NCBI GenBank assembly: GCA_050251875.1
Contig: JBFWMA010000003.1
Coordinates: 128,001 to 192,000, forward strand
Direction of reading: 5' to 3'
Source: Deferribacterales bacterium
Lineage (GTDB): Bacteria > Chrysiogenota > Deferribacteres > Deferribacterales > Geovibrionaceae
Length of the DNA stretch: 64,000 nt
Part shown: piece by piece, positions 59,862 to 64,000 of the stretch
How the letters are laid out: each line of letters opens with the position of its first letter
How positions within the stretch are numbered: position 1 is the stretch's first letter
Position numbers and translations under genes: made by a program
The notes under the pieces: generated by a model
Told to the model about the DNA's origin: nothing
The model's input: only the letters and a program-made list of their open reading frames with translations
Database searches by the model: none

Positions 59862-60745
59862 AGGAATTCTCTCTGATAGAGAGTTTGTCACATATGCTGA
59901 AGGACAGCGGCATCGCCCTAGGGGTAGGCGACGATGCCGCGCTCTTCGGCGACACGCTGATAGCCAAGGACATCATGGCGGAGAATGTACATTTCACGCC
60001 GGACGCTCCTCTGGATCATGTCATGAAAAAACTGCTCACAGCCAACGTCAGCGATATCGCCGCTATGGGCGGAACAGCCAAATACGCCCTTCTGGGGCTG
60101 GCGGTTCCTAACGGGCGCGAGATAGACCCCAAAGAGCTTCTGAGACCTTTCGAGGCTTATGACGTGGAGCTCATCGGAGGCGATACCACATCGTCCGCCG
60201 GAGGGCTTTTTCTTTCGCTCACTATCGTGGGAACACCCAACAAACATGTGCTGACCCGTTCCGGTGCTAAGCCCGGAGATCTGCTTTTTCTGTCCAGACC
60301 CGTGGGCAGAGTTCGCCAGCTTCTGGACAGGGAGCTGAATGGCGGCAAGGATAATTACAATCACTATCTGGTTAGAGCGGAAACCGCTCTGGGCGACCTT
60401 CTGGGCAGAACAGGCATGGCGACATCCTGTATAGACGTTTCAGACGGAGTGGGAAGGGACGCTTCGCACATTGCGGATAAGAGCGGTGTTAAGATCATTA
60501 TAGAAAAGAATAAAGTTCCTGTGGGACATCTGTCCGGCATTGACGATCCGGTGATGTACGCTCTGGGCTCAGGCGAGGAATTCGCTCTGCTGTTCACCAT
60601 GCCTCCGGATAAAAAAGACGAACTGGAATCCGTGTATAACTCCGCCGTGTGCATAGGGCGCATAGAGGAAGGACACGGGGTGTATCTGGAAGACGGAGAT
60701 AAGCTGACAGATATCTCAGATATCGGTTATGAACACACTTTTTAA
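59858..60745 (+). CDS. thiL: Thiamine-monophosphate kinase
   Basis: EFSLI, GVGDDAA, NVSDIAAMGG, GGDT, DVSDG, GYEH; ATGA overlap with thiE. Confidence 0.93.
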   Translation: MKEFSLIESLSHMLKDSGIALGVGDDAALFGDTLIAKDIMAENVHFTPDAPLDHVMKKLLTANVSDIAAMGGTAKYALLGLAVPNGREIDPKELLRPFEAYDVELIGGDTTSSAGGLFLSLTIVGTPNKHVLTRSGAKPGDLLFLSRPVGRVRQLLDRELNGGKDNYNHYLVRAETALGDLLGRTGMATSCIDVSDGVGRDASHIADKSGVKIIIEKNKVPVGHLSGIDDPVMYALGSGEEFALLFTMPPDKKDELESVYNSAVCIGRIEEGHGVYLEDGDKLTDISDIGYEHTF

Positions 60746-61119
60746 ATAAAAGGCAGAATATCCAGGTCCGCCGGTGCGAGGTTATATTTCTTCACCTCTT
60801 CCTTTGAACACCAGGCGCTGTCTATATGCTCTAAAATCTTAAAATTATCAGTCAGAAGCTCAGATCTGTAAAAATGCAGGACGATCAAGCGACCCTCCAC
60901 CTGATGTTCTGTGGCGGCGATGAAGTCGCCCACGGATACCTCCGCCTCGAACTCCTCCATCATCTCACGTTTCAGAGCCTCTTCATGGCTTTCGCCCTCC
61001 TCCACCTTTCCTCCGGGGAACTCCCACAGACCGCCGAGCTGTCTGTCGTGGGGACGCTGAGCTATGAAAAATTTTTGATCCTGATACAGAACCGCCGCAA
61101 CCACATCAACTCTCTTCAT
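60742..61119 (-). CDS. Nudix (d)NTP pyrophosphohydrolase (MutT/NudG-like)
   Basis: WEFPGGKVEEGESHEEALKREMMEE Nudix box; LAPAD. Confidence 0.9.
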   Translation of the reverse strand: MKRVDVVAAVLYQDQKFFIAQRPHDRQLGGLWEFPGGKVEEGESHEEALKREMMEEFEAEVSVGDFIAATEHQVEGRLIVLHFYRSELLTDNFKILEHIDSAWCSKEEVKKYNLAPADLDILPFI

Positions 61120-61130
61120 AAGAAACCTCG

Positions 61131-61161
61131 AAAAAAAAAGCGGAGCCCGCAAGAACTCCGC
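61131..61161 (-). terminator. gap-pgk intrinsic terminator
   Basis: Minus strand GCGGAG...CTCCGC followed by T9. Confidence 0.85.
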
Positions 61162-61169
61162 CGTGAAAA

Positions 61170-62336
61170 TTATCCTAAGATGTCGATACCCGGCAGAGAG
61201 CCGAATTCGATATATTCCAGCGAGGCGCCGCCTCCGGTGGATATGTGGCTGATGTTTTCAGACACTCCCGCCTGATTGACCGCCGCAACGGAGTCTCCGC
61301 CGCCCACAACCACAGTGGCTGAGCATCCGCCCAGAAACTTGGCTATGCTGAATGTCCCTTCTGCGTATGAGGGGTTTTCGAAAACGCCCATAGGACCGTT
61401 CCACAGAACTGTTTTGCATTTGCCCAGTTCCTCGATATATTTCGATGTGGTTCTGATGCCTATATCCAGACCCATGTATCCTTCCGGAATGTTCACTTCA
61501 GCGCATTTCACAGGCTGACCGTTGAACTCGTTGGACATGATGTGGTCTGTGGGGAGGAAAATCTCGACCTTTTTCTTCTTGGCAGTGGCGAAAATCTCGC
61601 CCACGACATTGAGCTGGTCTTCCTCCACCAGAGATGTTCCGATGGTGTTTCCGTTATATTTCAGGAAAGTATATGCCATAGCTCCGCCGACAAATATTTT
61701 GTCCGCAAGCTCCAGCAGTGATTTGATAACACCTATTTTGTCAGATACTTTCGCTCCGCCCACGATAGCGCCGAAAGGTCTTTCCGGCTGTTTGATGAGC
61801 TGGCTGAAGTATTTTATCTCTTTTTCCACCAGAAAACCTGCCGCCTTCTCGCTGATAAGCTCAGCCATTCCGTATGTGGAGGCGTGTTTGCGGTGGCATG
61901 TTCCGAAAGCGTCGTTCACATAAGCGTCCGCGTTGGCGGCGAGCTTAGCGGCGAATTCCGGATCGTTCTTCTCTTCTCCGGCGTAGAAGCGCAGGTTCTC
62001 CAGAAGGAGGACATCGCCGTCATTCATGGCGTCCACAGCGGCTTTCACTTCATCGCCTATGCAGTCTTCAACGAACTTTACGGGCATTAAGCGGGCAGTG
62101 ATATAGTCCGCCACAGGCTTAAGGGTATAGTTCGGGTTTTTGATTCCTTTGGGTCTGCCGAGGTGCGAGGCGAGGATCACCTTTGCCCCCTGCGCCTTGG
62201 CATAGTTGATGGTCTTCATAGCCTCAACTATACGGGTGTCGTCCTTCACCTGTCCGTCTTTCACGGGGACGTTGAAGTCGACTCTGATAAACAGTCGTTT
62301 TCCTTTCAGACTTAAATCTTTAATGCTCTTCGCCAT
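61170..62336 (-). CDS. pgk: Phosphoglycerate kinase
   Basis: [37 protein letters not shown]. Confidence 0.98.
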   Translation of the reverse strand: MAKSIKDLSLKGKRLFIRVDFNVPVKDGQVKDDTRIVEAMKTINYAKAQGAKVILASHLGRPKGIKNPNYTLKPVADYITARLMPVKFVEDCIGDEVKAAVDAMNDGDVLLLENLRFYAGEEKNDPEFAAKLAANADAYVNDAFGTCHRKHASTYGMAELISEKAAGFLVEKEIKYFSQLIKQPERPFGAIVGGAKVSDKIGVIKSLLELADKIFVGGAMAYTFLKYNGNTIGTSLVEEDQLNVVGEIFATAKKKKVEIFLPTDHIMSNEFNGQPVKCAEVNIPEGYMGLDIGIRTTSKYIEELGKCKTVLWNGPMGVFENPSYAEGTFSIAKFLGGCSATVVVGGGDSVAAVNQAGVSENISHISTGGGASLEYIEFGSLPGIDILG

Positions 62337-62345
62337 AAATCTACC

Positions 62346-63344
<999 letters not shown>

Positions 63345-63394
63345 AGAATCCTCCAAAGTTTTAATGACCGTGTATTATATCATAAAAATTCTGA

Positions 63395-64000
63395 TTAATC
63401 CTGCGGGGCTTCGATTTTCAGGTGTTTTCTGATGGATTTGATTTCGTCTGTTATCATCTTCAGCAGTGTACCCAGCTCTTTGTCGGACACCACTGATTTT
63501 TTGTTTACCGTGTTGATGAGTCTTTCCAGCTGATAGACCGTTTTCTTGCTCAGCTCGTTATAGCGCTCCTGCTGGAGCTCCAGGGTATTCTGAAAGTTTT
63601 TCAGGGCGGTGGCGCTTCTCACCAGTTTGTTTTTAACGTCTTTGTTCTCCTGACGGAGTCTGATGAGTTCGTTCACGTTGTTATCGGAGAAGAGTTTTTC
63701 CAGAGCCTTGCTCATCTTTCTGTTTTTCAGAAAGACTTCGTCATAGTTCTTTTCCAGATCTTTGTAGGCTCGTTTCAGCTCGCCCATCTCGTTCATCTTG
63801 TCCACTTCGGCTTTCTGAAAGTTTTTTACCCTTTCTTTATATTTCTCGATAGATTCCACCATGCGGAAGTTCTCCGTGATGTCTATCATAAATTCGCCGA
63901 ACTCGTTCAGATCGCCTGTCTGGTCATAGACAGGGAACATGTGGTGTTCGAAATGCAGGGTGTCTTTGCCCTTCTGGATCTCGATATTCTGAGACCCGAC
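63395..64000 (-). CDS. Hypothetical protein, PAS/PAC-like segment plus long coiled coil; 5' end beyond the window
   Basis: Frame stays open to the window edge (VGSQNIEIQKGKDTLHFEHH-MFPVYDQTG...DITE), then K/E/L heptads. Confidence 0.7.
   Translation of the reverse strand, partial: VGSQNIEIQKGKDTLHFEHHMFPVYDQTGDLNEFGEFMIDITENFRMVESIEKYKERVKNFQKAEVDKMNEMGELKRAYKDLEKNYDEVFLKNRKMSKALEKLFSDNNVNELIRLRQENKDVKNKLVRSATALKNFQNTLELQQERYNELSKKTVYQLERLINTVNKKSVVSDKELGTLLKMITDEIKSIRKHLKIEAPQD

Overview
This window is core, origin-proximal bacterial chromosome. The Gram-negative anaerobe-type gene set suggests Deferribacterota (Denitrovibrio/Seleniivibrio/Geovibrio-like), which is an inference only. Housekeeping content: mnmE(3' part)-mnmG-rsmG with a perfect parS site and a DnaA box, argH-lipoprotein-der, a CIRCE-controlled hrcA-grpE-dnaK-dnaJ operon, peroxiredoxin, murI, pta-ackA, ruvB-radA-fabI, znuCB, trkAH-hypF, a TPP-riboswitch thiC-thiE-thiL operon, mutT, pgk and gap. 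Also present: several c-di-GMP and two-component genes, a MocR/DUF2917 pair, and parA-parB-bactofilin-tpiA-secG followed by a peptide ABC transporter. No IS element, prophage, CRISPR array, tRNA or rRNA was seen. Strongest leads: (1) a translationally coupled Csd6/Pgp2-like plus Csd4/Pgp1-like peptidoglycan-trimming, probable cell-shape operon; (2) a parAB-bactofilin operon with two distant parS sites, each near a DnaA box; (3) two REP-like repeat families in the dnaK operon; (4) an orphan sRNA candidate downstream of ackA; (5) several apparently leaderless genes. All calls come from motif recognition; no database search was run.
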